The notes below the pieces were generated by a model. The model was given only the letters and a program-made list of their open reading frames with translations. It searched no databases and was not told the DNA's origin. From Gammaproteobacteria bacterium (GTDB lineage: Bacteria; Pseudomonadota; Gammaproteobacteria; CAJXQU01), in NCBI GenBank assembly GCA_965223825.1, contig OZ245018.1, forward strand, positions 1,171,328-1,235,327: a stretch of 64,000 bases of DNA, read 5' to 3'. Below are positions 27,662 through 37,906 of the stretch, piece by piece (position 1 is the stretch's first letter; the number at the start of each line of letters is the position of its first letter). Both the position numbers and the translations under genes were made by a program.

Positions 27662-29347
27662 ATGGCTGAGAATGAAGTAGCGGTTGCGAACAATCCAAAT
27701 CTGATGGGGCAGGTGGTTTCACCGCAAAATCAGACGGCGCAGGTATTGCGTCAGGCAGGATTGTTGATCGGGATTGCAGCGAGTGTGGCACTGGGTGTTG
27801 CGGTTGTTATGTGGTCACAAACACCAAATTTTAGCCTGCTTTACGGCAACTTATCTGATCGGGATGTGAGCTCCGTGATGGATGCGTTGCAGAGTGCATC
27901 AATTGAATACAAAGTCGACGAAGCATCTGGTGGCATTTTGGTCCCAACTGCAAAATTGCATGAAGCACGTATCAAACTTGCAGCCTCCGGATTACCGAAA
28001 AGTAGCAGCATGGGGTTTGAGATGTTGCAGGAAGAGCAAAGCTTCGGAACCAGTCAGTTTATTGAGCAAGCGCGTTATCAGCGGGCGTTAGAAGCTGAGT
28101 TATCACGATCGATTTCCAAAGTAGCAAATGTCCGTAGCGCACGTGTGCATCTCGCATTACCGAAAGCGTCAGTGTTTGCACGTGATCGACAAAATCCGAG
28201 TGCGTCAGTATTGGTTGATCTGTACCCAGGCCGTCGGCTTGAAGAAGGCCAGATCGCAGCGATTGCACACATGGTGGCTGCGAGTGTTCCCAATTTGATG
28301 ATCTCTGGCGTCACTGTTGTTGATCAGGCGGGTCGCTTATTGAGTCGTGCGGGTGAAGCGAATGAATTAACGGTTAGCGCAGAACGCTTTGAATACAGCA
28401 AACGAATCGAAGATTCTTATATCAAACGTATCGAAAATATTCTGCATCCCATCGTCGGAATGGATTATGTCCGTGCGCAAGTGACGGCCGATATCGATTT
28501 TACCGCGACTGAACAAACCAGCGAAATTTACAATCCTGATCTGCCCGCGGTACGTAGCGAACAATTATCTGAAGAACAACGAACCGGCGGTGGTGCAGCG
28601 ATTGGTGTGCCTGGCGCATTAACCAACCAACCACCGGGAACGGCGACAGTGCCTGAAGAAGCGGAAGGTGAGGGTGAAGCCGGTGCTGGCACAGCGAATG
28701 AACAGCAACAATTGCGTAAAAAAGAAACGCGTAATTTTGAACTGGATAAAACCATCAGTCATACGCGCAAAGCCGTCGGAACAATTGAGCGTTTATCTGT
28801 CGCTGTGGTTTTGAACAACCCGATTATTACCGATGATGCCGGTGTTGCAACTCAGCAAGATTATACGCCAGAACAGATCGTTGAATTTACACAGCTGGTA
28901 AAAGATGCCGTCGGCTTCAATGCGGTTCGCGGCGACGCTGTCAGCGTGATCGCAACCAACTTCACAACCGCGGCACCAGCAGAACCATTACCCGAATTAG
29001 CGATATGGGAACAAGCCTGGGTGTGGGATGTTGGTAAGCAAGTATTGGGTGGAATTTTTGTCCTTTACTTACTCTTCGGCGTCTTACGCCCGACGATCAA
29101 AAACATGATGAAAAAACCTGAACCTGTCACGCAACAAGTCGTCATGGTTGGCCCAGACGGAAAACCATTACCGCCTGGCGGTAGTGGTGGTGAACAGGCG
29201 AATGCAGAAGCTGAAAATGTACCATTGCTCGAGCTCGGTGCGTCAACCAGTTACGAAACCAGCTTGAATTCCGTGCGTGATTTCGTAAAAGAGGAACCTA
29301 AGTTAGCTGCGCAAGTTGCGAAAAACTGGGTCGCAACGGACTCTTAA
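27662..29347 (+). CDS. fliF: MS-ring protein FliF
   Basis: GFEML, FGTSQF, RALEAELSRSI, ARVHLALP, GVPGALTNQPP, VGFNAVRGD. Confidence 0.96.
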   Translation: MAENEVAVANNPNLMGQVVSPQNQTAQVLRQAGLLIGIAASVALGVAVVMWSQTPNFSLLYGNLSDRDVSSVMDALQSASIEYKVDEASGGILVPTAKLHEARIKLAASGLPKSSSMGFEMLQEEQSFGTSQFIEQARYQRALEAELSRSISKVANVRSARVHLALPKASVFARDRQNPSASVLVDLYPGRRLEEGQIAAIAHMVAASVPNLMISGVTVVDQAGRLLSRAGEANELTVSAERFEYSKRIEDSYIKRIENILHPIVGMDYVRAQVTADIDFTATEQTSEIYNPDLPAVRSEQLSEEQRTGGGAAIGVPGALTNQPPGTATVPEEAEGEGEAGAGTANEQQQLRKKETRNFELDKTISHTRKAVGTIERLSVAVVLNNPIITDDAGVATQQDYTPEQIVEFTQLVKDAVGFNAVRGDAVSVIATNFTTAAPAEPLPELAIWEQAWVWDVGKQVLGGIFVLYLLFGVLRPTIKNMMKKPEPVTQQVVMVGPDGKPLPPGGSGGEQANAEAENVPLLELGASTSYETSLNSVRDFVKEEPKLAAQVAKNWVATDS

Positions 29348-29375
29348 TTGATTAAGGACGATCAGGACAATAAGC

Positions 29376-30389
29376 ATGGCTGATTCAGGAAAACATACCG
29401 GCGCAGAAAAAGTTGCGGTGCTATTAATGGCGCTCGGCGAAGAGGTCGCTGCGGATATTCTCAGCCACATGGGGCCGAAAGAAGTTCAGCAGGTCGGCGT
29501 GTCGATGGCATCGATGGAAAGCGTGTCGAAAGAAATCGTTGAATCCACGTTAAAAGAATTTATTGGTGCATTACAGAAAGAAACGGGTCTTGGTGTCGGC
29601 GCAGATGATTATGTACGAAATGTCTTAGTCAGCGCGTTAGGCGAAGAAAAAGCCGGTGGCATGATCGATCGTATTTTACTCGGCGGTAACACCAAAGGTT
29701 TGGAATCATTGAAATGGATGGACGCGCGTTCTGTGGCGGAGTTAATCCGCAATGAACATCCGCAAATTATTGCTGTTGTGCTTTCTTATCTCGACAGTGA
29801 TCAATCTGCGCAAATCATCACACAACTTCCAGCGAATACACGTCACGACATCATGATGCGGATTGCTTCTGTGGATGGTGTTCAGCCATCAGCTATGGCG
29901 GAATTGAATGAAATTCTGGAATCGCAATTAAAAGGGACCAACAACGTTAAGTCCTCGGCTGGTTTCGGTGGGGTTAAGTCTGCAGCGAATATCTTGAACT
30001 TTATTGATGGGACGAACAGCAGCTCCATTATGGAAAAAATCAAAGAAATGGACGAAGACCTTGGTGATCAAATTGAAGATCTTATGTTTGTCTTTGCCGA
30101 TCTGGTGGAAATTGATGATCGTGGAATTCAAACCATGTTGCGTGAATTACAAACGGATGTGCTGGTGCTAGCTTTAAAAGGCGCAGAGCCGGAATTACAA
30201 GAAAAAATATTTACAAATATGTCCTCGCGTGCTGCCGATATGTTGAAAGATGATCTGGAGAGTAAAGGTCCAGTAAAAGTGAGTGAAGTCGATGAAGCAC
30301 AAAAAGAAATTCTCGTGATCGCACGTCGACTCGCAGAAGAGGGTCAGATTTCACTTGGCGCCAGTGCTGGCGGCGAAGAAATGATTTAA
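29376..30389 (+). CDS. fliG: Flagellar motor switch protein FliG
   Basis: EHPQIIA, GGVKSAA, MFVF, NMSSRAA, GPVKVSEV. Confidence 0.97.
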   Translation: MADSGKHTGAEKVAVLLMALGEEVAADILSHMGPKEVQQVGVSMASMESVSKEIVESTLKEFIGALQKETGLGVGADDYVRNVLVSALGEEKAGGMIDRILLGGNTKGLESLKWMDARSVAELIRNEHPQIIAVVLSYLDSDQSAQIITQLPANTRHDIMMRIASVDGVQPSAMAELNEILESQLKGTNNVKSSAGFGGVKSAANILNFIDGTNSSSIMEKIKEMDEDLGDQIEDLMFVFADLVEIDDRGIQTMLRELQTDVLVLALKGAEPELQEKIFTNMSSRAADMLKDDLESKGPVKVSEVDEAQKEILVIARRLAEEGQISLGASAGGEEMI

Positions 30390-30399
30390 GGCTGATCAG

Positions 30400-31074
30400 A
30401 TGAGTATTTTAATAAAAGAAACTGATCACTCAAACACGCAGCGGTGGGAATTACCTTCTGTTGAGGGGGACATTTTACAATCATCGACGGTAAATAAACC
30501 GAAGCGCCCACCAACGGCCGAAGAACTTGAAGCGATCCATAAAGAAGCGTACGAAGAAGGGTTTAACCTTGGTCGAAAAGAAGGCCGAACGATTGGACAT
30601 AAAGAAGGGTTTGAATTAGCCAGTCGCGAAATGCAAACGCGCATTGATACATTGAGCGGCATAATTAATGTTCTTAGCGAACCATTAAGACAAGTGGACG
30701 AAGAAGTTGAAAAATCGCTAACGGAAATGGTTCATTTGATCGCAAAACATTTAATTCGTCGAGAATTAAAAACAAACGAAGGTGAGATTATTGGCGTTGT
30801 GCGACACGTCATGAGCCACTTGCCGATATCAGCAAGAAACCCTCGCATACATTTAAACCCTGAAGATATTGATTTGGTAAAAAACGCCTTGTCCATTGAT
30901 GACGATAAAGCCACTTGGCGTTTGGAAGCCGATCCGCTGATCAACCGGGGTGGTTGTTTGGTTGAAACAGAATCTTCCTTTATCGATGCCACCGTAGAAG
31001 CCCGTATCGCAGCTGAAGTTTCTCAAATGCTTGGTGGCGAAAGACAGAATGATCGAGATGATGAACAACGCTGA
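30400..31074 (+). CDS. fliH: Flagellar assembly protein FliH
   Basis: PTAEELEAI, AxxxG/GxxxG repeats, HLNPED, RGGCLVET, IDATVE. Confidence 0.93.
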   Translation: MSILIKETDHSNTQRWELPSVEGDILQSSTVNKPKRPPTAEELEAIHKEAYEEGFNLGRKEGRTIGHKEGFELASREMQTRIDTLSGIINVLSEPLRQVDEEVEKSLTEMVHLIAKHLIRRELKTNEGEIIGVVRHVMSHLPISARNPRIHLNPEDIDLVKNALSIDDDKATWRLEADPLINRGGCLVETESSFIDATVEARIAAEVSQMLGGERQNDRDDEQR

Positions 31075-32419
31075 ACGAACACCTATCTGGCAACAGCGTT
31101 TCGATGAATGTATTGAGCGCTTGCAAAAACCGGCCCCGGTTATCGTTGAAGGAAAACTGACACGGATGGCCGGGTTAACGTTGGAAGCTGAAGGTTGTGA
31201 AGCTGCCGTTGGCGATCGTTGTTTAATAAAAGCCAATAGCGGTAAATCCATTGAGGCGGAAGTAGTGGGTTTTGCGGGTGAGAAATTATTTTTAATGCCG
31301 ATAGGATCAATTGATGGTCTCGCGCCAGGATCACGCGTGATACCCATTGGTCGTGCTGGTGATGTGCCCGTGGGGTATGAATTGCTTGGCCGCGTAATCG
31401 ATGGCACAGGACGCCCATTGGATGGAAAAGGGCCACTTCGTGCAGAGGAAAGTTTTCCATTAAATGGTCGTCGCATTAACCCATTAAAAAGACATCCAAT
31501 CCACGCGCCACTTGATGTTGGTGTACGTGCAATTAACACCTTGTTATCTGTCGGTGGTGGCCAACGTTTGGGTTTATTTGCCCCGAGTGGTGTGGGTAAA
31601 AGTGTGTTGCTCGGCATGATGACACGTTTTACTAGTGCCGATGTGATCGTGGTCGGTCTGATTGGTGAACGAGGTCGTGAGGTAAAAGAATTTATTGATC
31701 ATATTTTAGATGATGAGGCACGTAAACGTTCCGTTGTCGTCGCAACTCCAGCTGATATGCCACCCTTAATGCGTATGCATGGTGCTGCTGTAGCAACCAG
31801 TATTGCGGAATATTTTCGTGATCAAGGTAAGCATGTTTTGTTGCTGATGGATTCTTTAACGCGTTATGCGCAAGCACATCGTGAGATCGCTTTAGCGATC
31901 GGTGAACCTCCGGCCACACGAGGTTTTCCTCCTTCTGTTTTTGCGCAATTACCGCATTTAGTTGAGCGTGCAGGTAATGGTGATGCAGGTGGCGGATCTA
32001 TCACGGCGTTTTATACTGTATTAATGGAAGGTGATGGTAATAGCGATCCAGTTGCTGAATCGGCTCGTGCGATTTTGGACGGGCATGTGTATTTATCACG
32101 ACGCTTAGCGGAGTCAGGGCATTTTCCTGCGATTGATATTGAGGCGTCGATTAGTCGTGCGATGAATCAAATAACGTCGAATGAACATCAAGCGAGTGCG
32201 CGTCAGTTCCGTCATTATTTTTCACTTTATGAACAGAACAAAGACTTGTTAAATGTCGGCGCTTATAAGGCTGGCAGTAATCCTGATCTGGATCGCGCGA
32301 TTACATTACAGCCAGATTTACAAGCATTTTTACAACAAGGAATTGATGAAAAAGTGACCTTACAACAAAGTCTTGATCAGCTCGGTTCAATACTGAGTAG
32401 CAATATCGGCGAATCATGA
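31058..32419 (+). CDS. fliI: Flagellar export ATPase FliI
   Basis: APSGVGKS Walker A, GERGREV, MDSLTRYA, GEPPATRGFPPS, ILDGH; start codon uncertain (31031-31061). Confidence 0.96.
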   Translation: MMNNAERTPIWQQRFDECIERLQKPAPVIVEGKLTRMAGLTLEAEGCEAAVGDRCLIKANSGKSIEAEVVGFAGEKLFLMPIGSIDGLAPGSRVIPIGRAGDVPVGYELLGRVIDGTGRPLDGKGPLRAEESFPLNGRRINPLKRHPIHAPLDVGVRAINTLLSVGGGQRLGLFAPSGVGKSVLLGMMTRFTSADVIVVGLIGERGREVKEFIDHILDDEARKRSVVVATPADMPPLMRMHGAAVATSIAEYFRDQGKHVLLLMDSLTRYAQAHREIALAIGEPPATRGFPPSVFAQLPHLVERAGNGDAGGGSITAFYTVLMEGDGNSDPVAESARAILDGHVYLSRRLAESGHFPAIDIEASISRAMNQITSNEHQASARQFRHYFSLYEQNKDLLNVGAYKAGSNPDLDRAITLQPDLQAFLQQGIDEKVTLQQSLDQLGSILSSNIGES

Positions 32420-32841
32420 ATACACGAACGTCTCGCATGAAAACCATTGTCGGCTTAGCTTCGCGAGAAGAAGATACGGCTGCAAAAGCATTGGCAGATT
32501 CACAACGCTTTCTTGAACAAGTCATGACGCAACGTGCAGAAATGCATCAATGTCGTGCCGAATACGCATCACAATTACTCAATAAAGGCAGCGTACGAAA
32601 CGTTGCAGAAATGAAAAGCACCCGCGTGTTTATTCAACAATTAGATAAAGCACTTCAGCAACTTGATGATCAATTAAAACACGCTGAAAAGCGCAACCAG
32701 CAATGTCTACAATCGTGGTTGAAATTACGTAATAAAACACAAGCGCTTTCGGATATTAAAGGTCGTTATCAAGCAGATGAAGTGCGTGAGCTGGAAAGTA
32801 GAGAGCAATTTGAAACTGATGAGTTGTCACAGCGGAAATAG
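32416..32841 (+). CDS. fliJ: Flagellar export protein FliJ
   Basis: Coiled coil, FIQQLD, REQFETDE; directly after fliI. Confidence 0.85.
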   Translation: MNTRTSRMKTIVGLASREEDTAAKALADSQRFLEQVMTQRAEMHQCRAEYASQLLNKGSVRNVAEMKSTRVFIQQLDKALQQLDDQLKHAEKRNQQCLQSWLKLRNKTQALSDIKGRYQADEVRELESREQFETDELSQRK

Positions 32842-32856
32842 AAAGGAGAATCAGAG

Positions 32857-33609
32857 ATGACACGTTGGAAAGCCTCTGGCATTCATTTATTTATTTGTAC
32901 ATTGATCGCGTTAACCGTGTTGATGGTGATGCTGTATGTTTGGTATCCATCGCCGTATTTCGAAAGCATGGGTGGAAAGGAGTTACTCTTTATTTTACTT
33001 GCGGTGGATCTAACCTTGGGCCCACTGATTACCTTAATTATTTATAACCCGAAAAAGAAAAGTTTGAAAATGGATTTATCGATCATTGGGTTTGTGCAAG
33101 TTGCGGCATTGGCTTATGGTTTGTCGGTTTTGTTTCAAGCCCGACCTGTTTATTTAGTCTTCGCGGTTGATCGCTTTGAAGTAGTCTCGGCGAATGAGAT
33201 TGAACAAGAACATCTTAACAATGTAAAAAATGCAGCGTTTAAAGCATTGCCGATTACCGGACCAAAACTGGCCACTGCACTATTACCAGAAGATGATAAA
33301 ACGCGTGAATTGATTTTATTTTCAGCATTGAATGGTGGGCCAGATATTCAAGCAATGCCAGAATTTTATGTTGATTATGATCAGTCGACAGTTGAGGTGT
33401 TAGAAAGAGCAATGAATTTGGCTGATCGTAATTTGACTGACGAGACGATTAAAAAACAAGTTGATCGATTGGTAGAAAAAGAAAATTATCAAATCAATCA
33501 ATTAAGTATTATACCCGTGAGAACCAAAAATAAATTTATCACGGCGTTGATCGATAACGATACGGCAAGCGTATTGAAACTGGTAGATGTTGATCCTTAC
33601 ACGCTCTGA
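32857..33609 (+). CDS. TfpX/TfpZ (FimB-like) type IV pilin accessory membrane protein
   Basis: HL..., WYPSPYF, VDLTLGPLITL, DLSIIGFVQVAALAYG, ARPVYLVFAVDRFEVV. Confidence 0.8.
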   Translation: MTRWKASGIHLFICTLIALTVLMVMLYVWYPSPYFESMGGKELLFILLAVDLTLGPLITLIIYNPKKKSLKMDLSIIGFVQVAALAYGLSVLFQARPVYLVFAVDRFEVVSANEIEQEHLNNVKNAAFKALPITGPKLATALLPEDDKTRELILFSALNGGPDIQAMPEFYVDYDQSTVEVLERAMNLADRNLTDETIKKQVDRLVEKENYQINQLSIIPVRTKNKFITALIDNDTASVLKLVDVDPYTL

Positions 33610-33809
33610 TTATTCTATTATAAAAATATTTGATAGAAAAAGTAGATCAGGGATAAGGAAAACCATACCCATGAAAACTTGTAGGAGACCTCTTCTTTAA
33701 TCAGCGCGGCTTGATCAAGTTGAGGTTGAGTGGTGCGATTTTTTCGAAGTTAATGTGGCAAGTAAAGGCCTAAAGAAAATTCGATTGATGACTTGAACAT
33801 TTTTATTGA

Positions 33810-35249
33810 TCAATTAAGAATCGAACGTCGGCCCGGATCGGGGTTGATGTTGTCCGATGATACCGTTGGGAGTCTGATCTCAACACTTAAGCCTTTTTCT
33901 ACTCGATTTTGAGCTTTGATCGAACCGGCATGGCTTTGAATCGCACGCTGTGCAATGGTGAGCCCGAGTCCGAAACCACGATAAGCATACTCGGATGGTT
34001 GGCTGCGGAAAAACGGATCGAAAATTTTATCGACATGCGCAAGGGCGACGCCAGGTCCTTCGTCTTCAACTTGGATTTCAACAAATTTATGCGATTTCAG
34101 GTAGCGCAACGTGAGTGTCACGGTACTGCCTTTTTCTGTGTGATGAATTGCATTCCGTAAGACGTTCTCTAATGCACGGTAGAGTAGTTCTCCATAACCT
34201 TCGACGAACGGGCTATCATCAACATCAAAGACGTTATCGATATGACAACCTTGACTCTTCGCTTCAAACCGAGCGGTATCCATGACGGTGTCGATCAGTT
34301 CGATGATATCGATTTTTTCTTTGTAGTACTGGTAAGCAGATGTTTCTGCAGAGAGACCAGACTCGATCTGAGAGAGGGTGAGAACCTCATTGACCAAACT
34401 TTCGAGACGTTGCGTTTCGATTTCAATGCGTTCAAGGCAATGAGGCACGCGTTCAGGTTGTTGTTGAGCAAGGCCGAGGCTTACTTGCAGGCGTGCTAAG
34501 GGCGATCGTAATTCGTGAGAAACATCGTGCAGAAGCATGCGATGAGAGTGGATCAGTTCTTTGATCGAATGTGCAAGACTTTCACTGTTGTCGAACGCTC
34601 TCGAACTGGCCATGTCATGTTTTAGCAATTTATTTTGCGAGAGAATATGTAACGCACCATCAATGTTGCGAACGGGTTTGGTTAATAACCAACTCAATAA
34701 TGCGCTCAGCAGCAATGTAATGAAAATAGCGGGTAACAAATACAGAGATTGATTTGTGAGAAATGTTGATAGTGGCGTATGGGTGAGTGGTTGTAATTGA
34801 GCTGTCGCGATCAAAAGCACTGGTTGTGCATCTTTTGAGGTTGTGTGCTTATCAACGGAGACTAACGGAGGAGAATTGATCGTCGGTTGCGGAATAGCAG
34901 TACTATTTCTTTTGTTATTGAAACGGGTGGGTGTGATTTGTTGCGCCGAAGGTGGTAGCCGACGACCTAATAATTCAATACCGTGATTGTCGAGAATGTA
35001 AACGCTTGCCCAGCTGGGTAAGTATTTTTGCTGTTGCAGGACTTCTAAGGGGATTTCTAACATGGTGCTGCGTTGTACGATCAACTCGCTGGTGCAGAGT
35101 ATTTCTTCGAGTACATTTTCAACGGCACTTTCTCGCGTTAGCTGTTTTCGTTCTAGATCAAGTTGATAAAAATGTGAAACGATGAGTATGGCCAGCAAGA
35201 CAAATGACAGCCAGATCATGATAAGTGTTTTCCAGAACAACCGGTCCAT
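33810..35249 (-). CDS. Membrane sensor histidine kinase, CpxA-like
   Basis: Two TM helices, LLHDVSHELRSPLARL, ENVLRNA, DEGPG, GFGLGL. Confidence 0.9.
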   Translation of the reverse strand: MDRLFWKTLIMIWLSFVLLAILIVSHFYQLDLERKQLTRESAVENVLEEILCTSELIVQRSTMLEIPLEVLQQQKYLPSWASVYILDNHGIELLGRRLPPSAQQITPTRFNNKRNSTAIPQPTINSPPLVSVDKHTTSKDAQPVLLIATAQLQPLTHTPLSTFLTNQSLYLLPAIFITLLLSALLSWLLTKPVRNIDGALHILSQNKLLKHDMASSRAFDNSESLAHSIKELIHSHRMLLHDVSHELRSPLARLQVSLGLAQQQPERVPHCLERIEIETQRLESLVNEVLTLSQIESGLSAETSAYQYYKEKIDIIELIDTVMDTARFEAKSQGCHIDNVFDVDDSPFVEGYGELLYRALENVLRNAIHHTEKGSTVTLTLRYLKSHKFVEIQVEDEGPGVALAHVDKIFDPFFRSQPSEYAYRGFGLGLTIAQRAIQSHAGSIKAQNRVEKGLSVEIRLPTVSSDNINPDPGRRSILN

Positions 35250-35302
35250 ATCAGCTCCTTCTTGTTCTTTTTATTCTATTTTATGTTTTTGCTAACCACG
35301 AA

Positions 35303-35986
35303 CTACCAAATCAATTGATAACCGACTCCCCTTACCGTTTGGATACAAGAGCGGTCATCCTTCAATTGTCCGAGTTTCGCCCGGATACTGCTTAAATGAA
35401 CATCGATGCTTCTGTCGTAAGGGACCAATGCACGTCCGAGTCCTTGCTTGGAGAGTTCTTTCTTGCTTACGACTTTGCCGGCTTGTCTGGCCAGAATTTC
35501 GAGTAAATTGAATTCTGTGCTGGTTAAACTGATGACTTGATCATCCCAACTAACATGGCGCTTCTCGGGCCAGATAGTTAATGAACCGACTTTGATTGGA
35601 TCGGTATTGTCAAGGGATGGAGAGGAGTGAGTACGGCGTAAAATAGCGCGAATGCGCGCAACGAGTTCGCGAGGTGAGCAGGGTTTTGCAACATAGTCGT
35701 CTGCGCCAAGTTCCAACCCAACAATACGATCAACCTCATCTCCCCGTCCCGTAAGCATTAGGACTGGGACTTGGTTGTGCATGCGGATTCGGCTGAGTAC
35801 TTCAATACCATTCAGCCCAGAAATCATGACGTCCAGTACAACCAGCGAAAAATCGCTTTGCATCACTTTATCGATTGCGAGTTGGCCATCCATAACCGTT
35901 GAAACAACGAAGCCCTCTTGTTCGAGGTAATCCTTCATCATGTCAGTCAACTCTGCATCATCATCAACCAGTAGTAGATTGTTCAT
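35303..35986 (-). CDS. OmpR-family response regulator, CpxR-like
   Basis: LLVDDD, LDVM, GLELGADDYVAKP, DRSIDVHLSSIRAKL, TVRGVGY; start set at ATG 35986. Confidence 0.92.
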   Translation of the reverse strand: MNNLLLVDDDAELTDMMKDYLEQEGFVVSTVMDGQLAIDKVMQSDFSLVVLDVMISGLNGIEVLSRIRMHNQVPVLMLTGRGDEVDRIVGLELGADDYVAKPCSPRELVARIRAILRRTHSSPSLDNTDPIKVGSLTIWPEKRHVSWDDQVISLTSTEFNLLEILARQAGKVVSKKELSKQGLGRALVPYDRSIDVHLSSIRAKLGQLKDDRSCIQTVRGVGYQLIW

Positions 35987-36054
35987 GTGAAAATTATTAT
36001 TTTTTTTAAATCGCAATTAGATAACACGGCTTAGAGCTTGTATAGGAAGTGTTT

Positions 36055-36090
36055 TTTACATACTTTCACCCTGTCTTTACATAGCTTAAC
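36055..36090 (-). promoter_or_regulatory. Two tandem CpxR-like boxes (GTAAA-N5-GTAAA type)
   Basis: Minus strand GTTAAgctatGTAAA-gacagg-GTGAAagtatGTAAA, 21 bp apart, upstream of the response regulator. Confidence 0.55.
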
Positions 36091-36145
36091 GTGTCTGTTC
36101 ATGACTTCAGCTTAGCAAAGAATTAAAGAATAATACGTAAAAAGC

Positions 36146-36170
36146 AAAAACGGCCCAAAGGACCGTTTTT
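36146..36170 (-). terminator. Rho-independent terminator after the SRPBCC gene
   Basis: Minus strand AAAAACGGTCC-TTT-GGGCCGTTTTT followed by GCTTTTT. Confidence 0.75.
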
Positions 36171-36196
36171 ACCTATGCGAAGATAGTATGCTCTTA

Positions 36197-36769
36197 TTAC
36201 TTCTCGAGCATGCTCTTCAGGTTAGTTAAGCCAGCTTGATATACCGCAGTAACGGCATTCACAGCGGCATCATCTCCTAGAGCTTCTGGTACATCATGGT
36301 GGCCATGATAAGCGCGATAGAATTTCGCTTTCCAGATTACTTCACTACCACCATCAACTGCTTTTACAGTAACGAAGGGGATGTATTTGTTCACTGGGAT
36401 GACAGGAATTTCAAGGGTTTCGCCATGATCATCGACCGTGCCGACAGATGACATGGCTTTGATTGCATACTTATAAGTCATGCCTTCTTCCTTAAAGACT
36501 TGTAATTCTTCAGTAATTGTATTGCCATCTTCTAATGTCAGTGTGCGTTGGGTGCCTTTTTCATTCGGCCCTGTTGATTCTGTGGCTTTCACGGCGGGAT
36601 GCCAAACATGAAAACTATTGAAGTCTTTCACTGCTGCCCAAACTGTAGCGGGATCGGCATTGATCACAATTTTTTCTTCTACCGTGTGGCGAGGTGGCGC
36701 GTTTGCTGCGATCGCAACGACGGGTAAGAGCACTAACATTGCCATCAGTTGTTTTACTTGATTCTTCAT
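36197..36769 (-). CDS. Secreted SRPBCC-family protein, MxaD-like
   Basis: Signal peptide; VEEKIVINADPATVWAAVKDF..WHPAV, RTLTL, WKAKFYR, VYQAGLTNLK. Confidence 0.8.
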   Translation of the reverse strand: MKNQVKQLMAMLVLLPVVAIAANAPPRHTVEEKIVINADPATVWAAVKDFNSFHVWHPAVKATESTGPNEKGTQRTLTLEDGNTITEELQVFKEEGMTYKYAIKAMSSVGTVDDHGETLEIPVIPVNKYIPFVTVKAVDGGSEVIWKAKFYRAYHGHHDVPEALGDDAAVNAVTAVYQAGLTNLKSMLEK

Positions 36770-37614
36770 AAATCCTAACTCTCCTTAATTCAATTTTTAT
36801 TTTTCTACACTCTGCATTCTTGAAAATGCAACCCAAGATTATATAAGGAAGTCATCCATAACGTCACCTGAAGGATTCCTGTCTTATGCAGAGGTATTTG
36901 TAATCCTCTCAATGAGGTGGGCTCAAATACAAACCAACTCTTATAAAAGGCGTCATGTATGTGGGGGGAATCAGTGGAGGCAAGGAATGCTGAAGATCAA
37001 GGTTTCCTCTTCTAAGAAAATAGGGTGCGTCAACTCAATGACGGCGATAATCGGGATGTGCAGAATGAGCTTAAAAAAAGGCTTAAAAGTAAAAAATATC
37101 AATTAATGTATCGAATGGTATTAAAAGAAAAATTCAATTTTTTCAGGATGGTGAGGAGGGTGGTTTTCGTTGTTCATAGAAAATGAAAACATGACCCTTT
37201 AAAAATTAATTATTATGTTGTTATGTCAAATTATAAAAAATGATAAACAATAATTTCCGCATTAGTACAAAATAAAATTATCAGTAAATAAAGTTATAAT
37301 TTTAAAATCAAAGTAACGTGGTAATTAATGTTAAGTTATTAATTCCAATAAATACAATTACTTAAACTCCAGAAATTGTTCAGAATATACTCCTTGAAAT
37401 AAATCTTATCGATTAATTTTTTGTTTTTATAAGTACTGATTGGTATGAAAAAAATAATTTATATTTGTATCTACCTGTACATAAATCGTAAGTTTTTGTT
37501 TTTAAAACAACTGTGAAATTCAATAGGCAAGACGGGCATATGTCCCGTCTGACGCGGGCAAATATCTGGTTTCTATTTCCATTAGGTTCAGTATATATTA
37601 GCTCCGACGTCGAG

Positions 37615-37701
37615 AAATTGACGGGCATAAAAGTAAATTTATTTTTCTTTAATTTAAGTGCCTGCCTGTAGTTTCTGGGGGGAAACTACAGGCGTCAATT
37701 T
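37615..37701 (+). promoter_or_regulatory. Structured leader upstream of the PKS operon
   Basis: Perfect 12-bp stem GCCTGTAGTTTC/GAAACTACAGGC (37664-37693), enclosed by AAATTGACG/CGTCAATTT. Confidence 0.45.
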
Positions 37702-37906
37702 AAGACATCACCAATACATAACCTCTCGGCGAAAGTATCAATCGTGATCGTCGATGACAGATAAAAATTATTAGCAATGGGGCGGTATTCGCATTTCATT
37801 ATGGCGAACGGTAATTTTTTGCTTGAAGAAATGACGAGTGCTGGTGTTTTTGTAGCTTGATCACATCTCTTTGTATCAGGCCATCGTTATTAAGTAGAGG
37901 AAGCAC

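Noticed and set aside
30853-31617. 254-aa minus-strand ORF
   Set aside because: It is the antisense shadow of fliH/fliI, has no recognisable motifs, and is a typical artefact opposite conserved ATPase genes.
36912-37628. Small ORFs in the AT-rich gap, and the GACGGGCATA repeat as a CRISPR or IS end
   Set aside because: The ORFs have no convincing coding features. The repeat has only two 10-bp copies, with no spacer array, cas gene or transposase.
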